From: Candidatus Heimdallarchaeota archaeon
GTDB lineage: Archaea > Asgardarchaeota > Heimdallarchaeia > Heimdallarchaeales > Heimdallarchaeaceae
Assembly: GCA_030668875.1 (NCBI GenBank)
Contig: DAOVER010000005.1
Location: forward strand, 1-32,000
Direction: 5' to 3'
DNA length: 32,000 nucleotides
A program made the translations under genes and the position numbers. The notes under the pieces were generated by a model. The model ran no database searches, was not told the origin of the DNA, and saw only the letters and a program-made list of their open reading frames with translations. Position 1 is the stretch's first letter; the number at the start of each line of letters is the position of its first letter. Shown piece after piece: positions 9,861 through 17,121 of this stretch.

Positions 9861-10505
9861 CTATTCCTCGAGAACACCTACTCTAGGACATAAATTAAGC
9901 AAGAAACAGGTTTTGCATGAAGGTTTCTGAGCTTTACAAACTACACGTCCATGAGAAATAAACAAATGAGTAATCTGACCCCAGTTCTCAGAAGGAATTA
10001 TTTCTCGTAAATCTTCTTCAATTTTGTTTGGATCAGTTTTATCTGTTAATCCCATTCGGTATGATAAACGTTTGACATGGGTATCAACTGCAATACCCTC
10101 ATGGATATTAAACCAATCATTTAGCAAAACATTAGCAGTTTTTCTACCAACACCTGGTAATTTAACTAGCTCAGGAATGGATATAGGAACAATAGAATTG
10201 TTTTGAGCAATAAGATGTTTTGATAATTCAAAAATATATTTAGCTTTGTTCTTATATAGACCTACCCTTGAAATGGAGTTTTCTATTTCGCTAATGGAGG
10301 AGGAAGCAAAAGCTTCAGGATCAGGAAAACGTGAAAACAATTTTTTAGTGATCGAGTTTACTTGCTTGTCTGTGCTTTGAGCGCTTAGTACGGTAGCAAT
10401 AAGCAGTTGAAAGGGAGAAGAATAATTTGTTAAACCCCCACGAAATTCGGGATAATTTTTTTCCAATAATAAAAATATTTTAGAAAACCTGTCAGACAAA
10501 CTCAT
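9861..10505 (-). CDS. nth: Endonuclease III (HhH-GPD, 4Fe-4S)
   Basis: LLIATVLSAQSTD, LPGVGRKTA (HhH), VDTHVKR, and the C-x6-C-x2-C-x5-C cluster motif. Confidence 0.97.
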   Translation of the reverse strand: MSLSDRFSKIFLLLEKNYPEFRGGLTNYSSPFQLLIATVLSAQSTDKQVNSITKKLFSRFPDPEAFASSSISEIENSISRVGLYKNKAKYIFELSKHLIAQNNSIVPISIPELVKLPGVGRKTANVLLNDWFNIHEGIAVDTHVKRLSYRMGLTDKTDPNKIEEDLREIIPSENWGQITHLFISHGRVVCKAQKPSCKTCFLLNLCPRVGVLEE

Positions 10506-10691
10506 TGCAATAAGAAGGAAATTTATTCTGTTTTATACTTTTTGAACATAATAATATAGTAGATAAGAGTTAATGAGTAAAAATTACAAATTAACCCACT
10601 GTCACAAACAGAAGGAATATTAGACCAAGAGTATCAAATAATTTAAATACTATCCTAGGCTAATAGTAATTTGTATAAAGGGGAAAATCGA

Positions 10692-11261
10692 ATGGCAGCT
10701 GGCCAAAGGAAAATATTCAAAATAACTTTGTTGGGAGACGGTGCAGTCGGAAAAACATCCTTGCGTAAGACCTATCTAGGAGAAGGATTCAAAGACGGCT
10801 ACAGTATGACAATCGGAGCCGATTTTGCCGTAAAACGACTTCGTATTGATGATCAAGATTTCGTTGCTCAGATCTGGGATTTAGCAGGACAACAAAGGTT
10901 CTCAGCTGTTCGTGAGGTTTACTATCGAGGAACTTCTGGATGTCTTCTTGTTTTTGACATTTCTCGTCGTTCTAGTTTCGAAAATATTCCCTCTTGGATC
11001 GCAGAACTTCTTAAGAACAACAGTAATAGGGTTGTTCCCATTGTTTTAATCGGTAATAAAAGCGATCTTCGTGCTACAGCCAAAGATCCTATTATGCGAG
11101 AACAATCTGAAGAATATGCTCGTTCTCTATCTCAATGGTCTGGTTTTTCTGTTCCTTACATTGAAACTTCTGCAAAGACAGGAGAAAATGTTGATGAAGC
11201 ATTCAAGACATTACTAAAAAATATTGTTCTCTTCTATGAAAAACTCTATGCACAGCAATAG
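10692..11261 (+). CDS. Rab-like small GTPase (eukaryotic signature protein)
   Basis: G1 GDGAVGKTS, G2 TIGADF, G3 WDLAGQ, G4 GNKSD, G5 TSAKTG, and RabF-like YYRGT and LVFDIS. No C-terminal prenylation cysteines. ATG 10692 preferred over TTG 10671. Confidence 0.93.
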   Translation: MAAGQRKIFKITLLGDGAVGKTSLRKTYLGEGFKDGYSMTIGADFAVKRLRIDDQDFVAQIWDLAGQQRFSAVREVYYRGTSGCLLVFDISRRSSFENIPSWIAELLKNNSNRVVPIVLIGNKSDLRATAKDPIMREQSEEYARSLSQWSGFSVPYIETSAKTGENVDEAFKTLLKNIVLFYEKLYAQQ

Positions 11262-11283
11262 TGTTTTTTATTTTTCACTTATT
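11262..11283. terminator. T-rich tract between convergent genes
   Basis: TGTTTTTTATTTTTCACTT follows the GTPase stop and fits an archaeal oligo-U terminator. Confidence 0.35.
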
Positions 11284-12093
11284 TTATTTATCTTCACTTG
11301 CCTTTACTTTGATATTCATTGTTTCTTCATTAAAACTTGCGTCAAGAGAAACTGTGCTGTCCTCATTTATTTGTAGTATTTTCATTTTTTCTAGTTCATC
11401 GATATAACGTTTAGTCTGTGATAGTGAAACACCTAGAACGAATGATAATTGTATTGGTGCAATTACTCCCATTCTTCTTAACAAGTTTATTATGTTAAAT
11501 CGAGGGTCAGAAGTAACCAGTCTTTCCAGTACTTCTTTTTGCGCACTCCATTTCCCCTTATCAGCTAAAACTTGATCTAATTTCTCTTGTAATTCTTTTT
11601 TCTCTGTCTCAATTGCTACTACTTGGTCTGATAACTCATAGATTAAAGTTTCTCTTTCTTCTAAGAGTAATTTTAGCATTTCCTTCTCTTTTTCTATTGT
11701 TTCCTGGATATTTGCTATATTTTCTTCTGTCAACTCTCTTTCTAGAAGAGATTCTTCAGCACCTAAATTATTTCTACTTCTTGGATATAGTGACACTGTT
11801 TGAAAACTAGATAAAAAGTTGAATAATCTAAAGAATTCTGTTTTTAATTCTGATATTATGTTGTCTGAGGAAGATTTTAACATTTCGTTGATATAAGCAA
11901 TTGCAGGGTTGATATCTAGTGTGCTTTTATTGGTATTCATCGACCCACTCTTTATATCACCCATTCGAGCCGAGTTTACCTTGCTCTTAATTGCTTTTAC
12001 TTCTTTTGTAAGCTTAACAATTTCATCGGTGATATCCATTAAATCGTGGGTTTCAGCGTCTTCAGAGTTTCCTTCTTTTCCCATAAATATCAA
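11284..12093 (-). CDS. Coiled-coil protein with C-terminal winged-helix domain
   Basis: Heptad E/K/L-rich segments, then RFNIINLLRRMG...PIQLSFVLGVSLSQTKRYIDELEKMKILQI (wHTH). Likely start is ATG 12084. Confidence 0.75.
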   Translation of the reverse strand: MIFMGKEGNSEDAETHDLMDITDEIVKLTKEVKAIKSKVNSARMGDIKSGSMNTNKSTLDINPAIAYINEMLKSSSDNIISELKTEFFRLFNFLSSFQTVSLYPRSRNNLGAEESLLERELTEENIANIQETIEKEKEMLKLLLEERETLIYELSDQVVAIETEKKELQEKLDQVLADKGKWSAQKEVLERLVTSDPRFNIINLLRRMGVIAPIQLSFVLGVSLSQTKRYIDELEKMKILQINEDSTVSLDASFNEETMNIKVKASEDK

Positions 12094-12927
12094 CTAAATC
12101 TTTGCGGTTGATTCTATTTTGAAACCTTCTGCTTCTGATGGAGTGATATCTAGTGTTTCACTCACATATGCTACACCCATTAGTTTCGTTATTGCGAAAG
12201 TGTCCTTGATTCTACTTCCAATTGAATCTCTTGTGAAATAGAATATACCTTGAGCTGCATTCATTATAATTCTTTCAGCTACAGGGTCAAGTACGCCTTG
12301 TGGTATTAAGAAAAAGTGTACTCCACCTAATTTTGCTAAAGACATCAAAGTGTTTTTTAGAAATGTAATCAGAGCTGCTGAATCTTCATCAAGTCTATCT
12401 TCTTTCATCCATAACAAATCATCGAAAACGCTAAAACATTGTTTATTCTGATTTTCTTTAACGTGAATCATCCTATCAATTATTTTTTTAGCGTAAGTTC
12501 TTCTTCTAACTTCTATTTTACCTAACTTCAGAGCTGATGACATTGTTGAACTAGTTAAATCGAACATATTTTCAAAATACCAGTTTTTACCTTCGTATGG
12601 AGAAATATCCCATTCATAAGCCTGGAAGGATTTTAATATACTGTCATATGGTGTGCTACTATGAACATAAAATATCATGTTGTCTTCTGTTTTTTGCGCC
12701 CAATTGAGTAATATACGTTGAACAAATAATTTGGGGATAACAGTATCTGAAGGGTAGCTCACTAGGATCAGAGAACCAGTTGGTATACCTCTTCGAGAGG
12801 ACATTTCCATACCAAGTTTCTGGTCTAAAGTTCTAATGCCAGTAAGTATTAATTCACCTCTGGCATCAATGTTACTACGTTTCTTCCCTATTCTTTCAAC
12901 TCCACCTTTTGGGGACTCTATATCCAT
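12094..12927 (-). CDS. KaiC/RAD55-like RecA-fold protein with degenerate Walker A (probably inactive)
   Basis: TGIRTLDQKLG...GIPTGSLILV start typical of KaiC/RAD55. The P-loop position reads SYPSDTVIPK, the Walker B-like motif is SVFDD, and ITKLMG replaces K-x-R-G. SD GAGGT upstream. Confidence 0.8.
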   Translation of the reverse strand: MDIESPKGGVERIGKKRSNIDARGELILTGIRTLDQKLGMEMSSRRGIPTGSLILVSYPSDTVIPKLFVQRILLNWAQKTEDNMIFYVHSSTPYDSILKSFQAYEWDISPYEGKNWYFENMFDLTSSTMSSALKLGKIEVRRRTYAKKIIDRMIHVKENQNKQCFSVFDDLLWMKEDRLDEDSAALITFLKNTLMSLAKLGGVHFFLIPQGVLDPVAERIIMNAAQGIFYFTRDSIGSRIKDTFAITKLMGVAYVSETLDITPSEAEGFKIESTAKI

Positions 12928-12955
12928 AGAACTTACCTCATAACAATTTTTTTGA

Positions 12956-13486
12956 TTAGAACTGCTCGAGTTCTCTCAAAGCTAGCTCCAAATCAGATAT
13001 GAATTCATCCTGAACTTTCTTTTCTTCAGTTGCTATTGGTTCAGGTGCAGGAGTTGGAGTGGGTGTTGGAGTAGGTGTTGGAGTTTCAGCAGTTTTTGCA
13101 GGTTTAGCTTCAACATCTAATATATTTCGTATTTTTTCTGCAGCCATTTTCATGGTTCTTCGTACCATACCTAGTTGTACACCAGTATCTGTGATAAGAC
13201 ACAGCACTGTACTTCCACAACTGGCAACTAAGATTAAGCCATCAGAAAATTCTGAGATTATAATGTCTAGTGCTGCTAATCCCACATTTTGACCCTGTTG
13301 TTCACTTGCCAAATACACTGCACTAGCTATCGCTCCAAGCGCTTCTGTTTCGAATTCATCGAAAGCAAATCTTGAAGAATATGCAAGTGTTAGTCCAGTT
13401 TTATCGGCTAATATAACATGGTTAATGTTAGCATCACTAGTTATTATTTCATGTAGGATTGCATTTATTTGATCGGCGCCATACAA
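12956..13486 (-). CDS. Roadblock/LC7 (MglB-like) domain protein with Pro/Thr linker and C-terminal helix
   Basis: VILADKTGLTLA...ALGAIASAVYLASEQ...IIISEFSDGLILV...VLCLIT...LGMVR fits the Roadblock fold. TTG start is preceded by a GGTGA SD. Confidence 0.88.
   Translation of the reverse strand: MYGADQINAILHEIITSDANINHVILADKTGLTLAYSSRFAFDEFETEALGAIASAVYLASEQQGQNVGLAALDIIISEFSDGLILVASCGSTVLCLITDTGVQLGMVRRTMKMAAEKIRNILDVEAKPAKTAETPTPTPTPTPTPAPEPIATEEKKVQDEFISDLELALRELEQF
13038..13088 (-). repeat. Low-complexity (TP)n/PAPEP linker repeat
   Basis: Imperfect 12-nt units (GTTGGAGTGGGT / GTTGGAGTAGGT on +) encode ETPTPTPTPTPAPEP. Confidence 0.85.
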
Positions 13487-13556
13487 GACAAATCACCAAG
13501 TGTTATTACACAGCTCTTATTGATTATAATAAATTTAGATATTTAAACATTTCAAA

Positions 13557-13574
13557 TGTTGTAGTACTACAACA
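13557..13574. promoter_or_regulatory. Perfect 18-bp palindrome, candidate operator in a divergent promoter
   Basis: TGTTGTAGTACTACAACA lies between TATA-like boxes for the Roadblock operon (about 13540-13547, minus) and tpiA (about 13589-13597, plus). Confidence 0.5.
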
Positions 13575-13619
13575 GAGAATTCAAGCAAATTTTTTAAATT
13601 ACAATGTGAAATCTATTTT

Positions 13620-14303
13620 ATGGTTGCATTAAAATACCCTGTTATAATCTTAAATTTCAAAAATTACATCCAATCTGTTGGAGATAATGGAGTAAAATTG
13701 GCTAAAATTGCAGAAGAAGTTGCAAAAGAGGTAGGTGTCGAGATTGTTGTTTGCCCTCAAACTGTAGATATTCGTCTCATTCATCAATCAGTAAGTATCC
13801 CCATATTTGCTCAACACATAGACCCTAATGATTCAGGTAGTCACACTGGAAATAATTTAATGGAAGCAATAATACAGAGTGGAGCATCTGGAACACTGAT
13901 AAATCACTCTGAACACCAATTGAGATTGTCTGATATAGAAAAAATCATTGCCAAAGCAAAGAAATCAGATTTCTTCACATGTATATGTGCAAACAATCTT
14001 CAAGTAAGCAGAGCAATCTCAGCTTTAAATCCTCTAGCATGTGCAATGGAACCACCAGAACTTATAGGTAGCGGAATCTCTGTTACAACAAAACCAGATT
14101 TAGTTAAACAAACAATTCAAGCAATAAAAGAAACCAATGTTTCAGTCACACCCTTAGTTGGAGCTGGGGTATCTACAGCTAAAGATGTTTCAGAAGCATT
14201 ACAACTGGGTGCAAAAGGAGTACTCCTAGCTTCTGGATTTGTTAAGGCAAAAGAACCTAAATCGGTGCTACTAGAAATGGCAAATGCCATGATAGAAAAA
14301 TAG
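13620..14303 (+). CDS. tpiA: Triosephosphate isomerase, archaeal type
   Basis: NFK, AQH, NHSE, MEPPELIGSG, GAGV and GVLLASG motifs; 227 aa. Confidence 0.97.
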   Translation: MVALKYPVIILNFKNYIQSVGDNGVKLAKIAEEVAKEVGVEIVVCPQTVDIRLIHQSVSIPIFAQHIDPNDSGSHTGNNLMEAIIQSGASGTLINHSEHQLRLSDIEKIIAKAKKSDFFTCICANNLQVSRAISALNPLACAMEPPELIGSGISVTTKPDLVKQTIQAIKETNVSVTPLVGAGVSTAKDVSEALQLGAKGVLLASGFVKAKEPKSVLLEMANAMIEK

Positions 14304-14333
14304 GATAAAGAGAAAATAGCTCAGGTGGCGCAA

Positions 14334-14801
14334 TTATTCATTGCGTTTCCACATCATTTTCTCGCCTTGCTTTATCTGTGTTAAAATTCCAGCTTCATCC
14401 ATTTGTTTTAAGGATCTAGCAAATTCCTCTTTAGTAATCGGGGGATTCCCTTGTTTTAACGCTGCAAATTGGCAGGATGCAAATATTGCATCTTCAAACA
14501 TAAATTTAGAAGAGCTGAATGATTCAATAATCAAATCTTTATTAGGAATCTTAAAATCCTTAACAACTGTTTTAACTTTTTGAATCTCTCCCTTAGTAGA
14601 TCCAATTTTTGAAATAATTAAATCCGAAATAATGTCATTTAATCCTTTACCCTTTGTTTGTTCCCCAAAACCATGAAGTTCAGCTAACAAGAAAGTTGCT
14701 TGTTGAATGAATGATTCTATAGATTCAAAGTTATTTTCATCGACTAGTTTCTGTAAATAGTTGTACAAGCCTTCAGGGATTGTAATTTCAATAGGTTTCA
14801 T
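14334..14801 (-). CDS. Ribbon-helix-helix (CopG-like) plus C-terminal winged-helix-like protein
   Basis: IEITIPEGLYNYLQKLV...FESIESFIQQA fits RHH. C-terminal TKEEFARSLKQMDEAGIL..IKQG..MW fits wHTH. SD AGGAG. Confidence 0.65.
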   Translation of the reverse strand: MKPIEITIPEGLYNYLQKLVDENNFESIESFIQQATFLLAELHGFGEQTKGKGLNDIISDLIISKIGSTKGEIQKVKTVVKDFKIPNKDLIIESFSSSKFMFEDAIFASCQFAALKQGNPPITKEEFARSLKQMDEAGILTQIKQGEKMMWKRNE

Positions 14802-14954
14802 TAATATTACTCCTTTTTATAATTTTAAGATACATCTTTACAATTGGATTACTTCTTATAGGTTTTCTCTTAGATACGCACAAAGCAAAGTAAATTTTGT
14901 TAATATTCAGTGTGACAATTTGTTTAGTACTGTTTAAATGTAGTGAGAGATGAT

Positions 14955-15024
14955 GGCGTCCTTTTCCCGCTTTTATATCCTATGTGTGAAGCACATCTAA
15001 GCCGTCTCAATCAGTCATTCGCCT
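14955..15024 (-). ncRNA. Putative small RNA with two k-turns and box C/D-like geometry
   Basis: Minus-strand sequence: AGGCG-AAU-GA-CU-GAUUGAGACGGCU-UAGA-UGUG-CUUCA-CACA-UAG-GA-UA-UAAAAGCGGGAAA-AGGA-CGCC. Two k-turns, each with a 4-bp stem, 3-nt bulge, tandem G.A/A.G and two Watson-Crick pairs, separated by equal spacers. A TATA box sits about 30 nt upstream. Confidence 0.6.
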
Positions 15025-15048
15025 AATTACATTAAGGAAAAAACGAAG

Positions 15049-15060
15049 TATAAATTTTTC
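15049..15060 (-). promoter_or_regulatory. BRE/TATA box for the putative sRNA
   Basis: Minus strand GAAAAATTTATA. The first T (15054) is 30 nt upstream of A15024, the start of the closing stem. Confidence 0.55.
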
Positions 15061-15080
15061 TGTAAGGGTTTAATATTTTG

Positions 15081-15248
15081 TTAAGAAGCTTTACGACCAC
15101 GTTTATACTGTGTGAAACCACATTTTCCACAAGTTTGACGATCTTGATGTTCAGCCATATATACAGCATCTCCACATCTTTCGCATTCTTTCTTTAATCT
15201 AACTATCTTATCTCCTTCAGTTTTATACCTTTTATATGTTGAACTCAT
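15081..15248 (-). CDS. rps27ae: 30S ribosomal protein S27ae (eS31)
   Basis: Manual translation MSSTYKRYKTEGDKIVRLKKECERCGDAVYMAEHQDRQTCGKCGFTQYKRGRKAS* (55 aa, C4 zinc finger). It follows rps24e and is absent from the ORF track. Confidence 0.97.
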   Translation of the reverse strand: MSSTYKRYKTEGDKIVRLKKECERCGDAVYMAEHQDRQTCGKCGFTQYKRGRKAS

Positions 15249-15257
15249 TTCTTACAC

Positions 15258-15554
15258 TCACTTTGCTTTTTCTTGGATAATTCCAGATCTTTTTAAGAGA
15301 AACTCTTTTTCAACAGCGATAGCTCTTTCAGCTGTTTCATAAACATGAACAAGAGCTAAACTTTTTCCTTCTCCATATTTAGCTTCTAGTTTAATTAAAA
15401 CTACTTGATTTCTTTCTTTGTTTAATAGAGCAGCTAATTTTGACAAGAAATCATCACGTTTAGGAACTGGTTGTCCAATATGATCAACTTTAGCTTGTAT
15501 TTCTGTTCGCTCTAGTAATTTATTTTCATTTTTCTCAATGATATCAATCTTCAT
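15258..15554 (-). CDS. rps24e: 30S ribosomal protein S24e
   Basis: NKLLERTEI...P.R...LAALL...YGEGKS...VYE...E..L.R pattern and conserved gene context. Confidence 0.95.
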   Translation of the reverse strand: MKIDIIEKNENKLLERTEIQAKVDHIGQPVPKRDDFLSKLAALLNKERNQVVLIKLEAKYGEGKSLALVHVYETAERAIAVEKEFLLKRSGIIQEKAK

Positions 15555-16095
15555 TAATCTTCACCATTTTACGTAATAATCCGCAAACGTTTTGTTTTAC
15601 TTCTTCAGTGACTGACACTACTACTAATCCTTCATTAGGTTGCCCATATAAGACTTTTGAATCCAGTGGAGCTTCAAGTATAATTGGAAGTACCAGTAAA
15701 TCCTCTTCACCTATTATTTTTATAATTATTTTGTTACCTTCACTTTTTAGACTATTAATAATCTCAACCCACGCGTTTTGCATTATGTAACCTGCTTGGT
15801 TGGATGTTTCTACAACAGAAACATTCTCAATTTCTAATATTGGAACTTTTTCCCTTTGCACATGTTCATCAATAATAGCGATGTCTGGTATAAATGACAG
15901 TTCCACAAATACTTTTGTGGTTACGTCACCCACCGTTATAACCTTGGGTATTGTATCGTCCTGAGATAGCTTATTAATTAGTTTAACAATGTCGTGTCGA
16001 TTCTTTATGATTTGCCCTAAAGGGTTCTTAAAATAGCACCTTTGATTTTGGGGTAAAAAATAGGAACCAGGTTTTATTTGATTCAACAAGTTCAC
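15544..16095 (-). CDS. GTP-dependent dephospho-CoA kinase (DUF359 family)
   Basis: ITVGDVTT, IIDEHVQRE, NQAGYI, GEEDLL.LP and YGQPNEGLV motifs; canonical position between spt4 and rps24e. Confidence 0.9.
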   Translation of the reverse strand: MNLLNQIKPGSYFLPQNQRCYFKNPLGQIIKNRHDIVKLINKLSQDDTIPKVITVGDVTTKVFVELSFIPDIAIIDEHVQREKVPILEIENVSVVETSNQAGYIMQNAWVEIINSLKSEGNKIIIKIIGEEDLLVLPIILEAPLDSKVLYGQPNEGLVVVSVTEEVKQNVCGLLRKMVKINED

Positions 16096-16280
16096 CGGAC
16101 TCGAAGAGCATAATGTCCTTTTTTATCTATTTTCATTCTCTTCGCAACGTCGCTTTCTTCTGGTTTTAGGATGAATATTTCACCCACAAATTCAGAAGAA
16201 ATGTCTTGTGTTTTACAATTTGGACAAATACTAGCAGTCTTATCCATGATTATGTGGCACACCCTACAAGCTTTGGACAT
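16092..16280 (-). CDS. spt4: Transcription elongation factor Spt4 (RpoE'')
   Basis: KACRVCH...CPNC zinc ribbon, SEVAKRM and GHYALRVR motifs. Confidence 0.95.
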   Translation of the reverse strand: MSKACRVCHIIMDKTASICPNCKTQDISSEFVGEIFILKPEESDVAKRMKIDKKGHYALRVR

Positions 16281-16281
16281 A

Positions 16282-16857
16282 TCATGAAGCCTCCTCTGCT
16301 TTACTCTTTGGTTTTTTTAGTTCAACTTTCCACTCTTCAATCCATTCATTTGTTCCTAAAGCATCTTGACGCATAGTTAAACCAACCCTTATGGATGACT
16401 TTCCTATGCTTACAGCAATGATTCTTGCGCGTACCCTTGTGTTTACCAGTAAATCTCTTTTAGATTTATCTCCACGAAGAACAGCGTTTTTTGGGATATA
16501 ACGGAAATAATCATCTGCGATTTGAGAAACATGGCATAAAGCATCAATGGTTCCTATCCTGATAAATGCGCCAAAATCTACACATTCTACTACTTCTCCA
16601 GAAACAATCTCATTTATTTCAGGCAAATAGCATAACAATTCGAAATCAGATTCATAGTATGAACCTCCGTCTCCTGAAATCAATTTTCCTTGGTAAATTT
16701 CGTTTATTTCTGTAACTGCTACAATGAAACCTAAATCTGCATCAATTTTACCTTCTAACCCTTCTCTCGCTATTTCTACTAATACTTTAGCAAGGTCTTC
16801 ATCGAATCTGTTAGGGGGAACCCTTAATGTATCCTTTACTTTTACCTTATAATACAA
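16282..16857 (-). CDS. rpoE1: DNA-directed RNA polymerase subunit E' (Rpo7)
   Basis: RVPPNRF, GDGGSY, FGAFIRIGTIDALCHVSQI (S1 domain) and GLTMRQDALG motifs. Confidence 0.97.
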   Translation of the reverse strand: MYYKVKVKDTLRVPPNRFDEDLAKVLVEIAREGLEGKIDADLGFIVAVTEINEIYQGKLISGDGGSYYESDFELLCYLPEINEIVSGEVVECVDFGAFIRIGTIDALCHVSQIADDYFRYIPKNAVLRGDKSKRDLLVNTRVRARIIAVSIGKSSIRVGLTMRQDALGTNEWIEEWKVELKKPKSKAEEAS

Positions 16858-17121
16858 GATAAACCCATCTCGCTTAATTATTCAATCCTCGTTCTTTTCT
16901 AATGTTTTTAAACATGCTCATAGTAAATATTTTCTATAAATCTAACGCTAAGAAAGTAACCTTTGTGAGAAAAAGATAGATTACTTATCTGTAAAAAATA
17001 TTATGTTAAACGGAAGGTTTTTGATAGATTACTTTAGATTGAAAACAAACTTAAATAGGTTCATCTAAAGTTTATCAATAAAATTTGGTGGATATTGATT
17101 AGAAATACTGAGGAAAATTTA

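Noticed and set aside
12091-12096. TAG followed in frame by the next ORF (pyrrolysine or readthrough fusion of KaiC-like and coiled-coil genes)
   Set aside because: The KaiC-like protein ends in a typical family C-terminus, the downstream gene has its own ATG at 12084, and no Pyl machinery is visible.
14954-15023. tRNA-like reading of the GGCG...CGCCA element
   Set aside because: Only 4 bp of acceptor-like stem, no TTCRA T-loop and no cloverleaf; the double k-turn model fits much better.
14930-15040. H/ACA guide RNA model using the AATGTA/TACATT outer stem
   Set aside because: The pocket is very asymmetric, the ACA is about 21 nt from the upper stem instead of 14-16, and the 5' arm lies upstream of the predicted TSS.
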